From contig NC_068981.1 in NCBI RefSeq assembly GCF_001194135.2, forward strand, positions 155,795,367 through 155,859,366: 64,000 bases of DNA, in the 5' to 3' direction. Below, piece after piece: positions 63,906-64,000 of this stretch. This stretch comes from Octopus bimaculoides (lineage: Eukaryota). Position numbers and translations under genes: made by a program. The stretch's first letter is position 1, and each line of letters starts with the position of its first letter. The notes under the pieces were generated by a model. The model saw only the letters and a program-made list of their open reading frames with translations. It was not told where the DNA came from and ran no database searches.

Positions 63906-64000
63906 AATATATTAAAAGTATGTGTTATAATCTTTCTTCTTTTTTGCCCTTTAAAAGCCTAGCCAGGCTCATAGGCCCGGTTTTCCGGTTTCTATGGCGT

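Overview
This is gene-poor, repeat-dense animal genomic DNA from a gapped short-read assembly, with about 18 N-runs, most abutting microsatellites. The SINE families and extreme microsatellite load look like a coleoid cephalopod, probably Octopus; this is inferred from remembered repeat consensuses, not from a search. I found no supportable host protein-coding gene, tRNA/rRNA gene or CRISPR array. Almost every ORF in the track is a microsatellite or gap artefact. The window does contain: (1) about 25 copies of one tRNA-derived SINE plus four other SINE-like families that share modules; (2) seven fragments of R2-superfamily retrotransposons with a restriction-like endonuclease (RLE), six R4/Dong-like and one HERO-like, several set into (TAA)n or next to (CATA)n arrays; (3) RTE-clade LINE relics; (4) a mariner, a Tc1/DD37D-like relic, two piggyBac-type MITEs, a MITE with an 8-bp TSD and a Helitron-like 3' end. 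The most interesting signals are a nearly canonical type I hammerhead ribozyme at 9607-9675, inside a ~330-bp unit with partial direct repeats (retrozyme/Penelope-like); a TAA-array locus at 6.5-8.6 kb with serial Dong-like insertions plus a 556-bp non-coding TAA-flanked element; and recurrent insertion of one SINE at the A-box of its own family. Coordinates of degraded repeats are approximate (about +/-10-20 bp).
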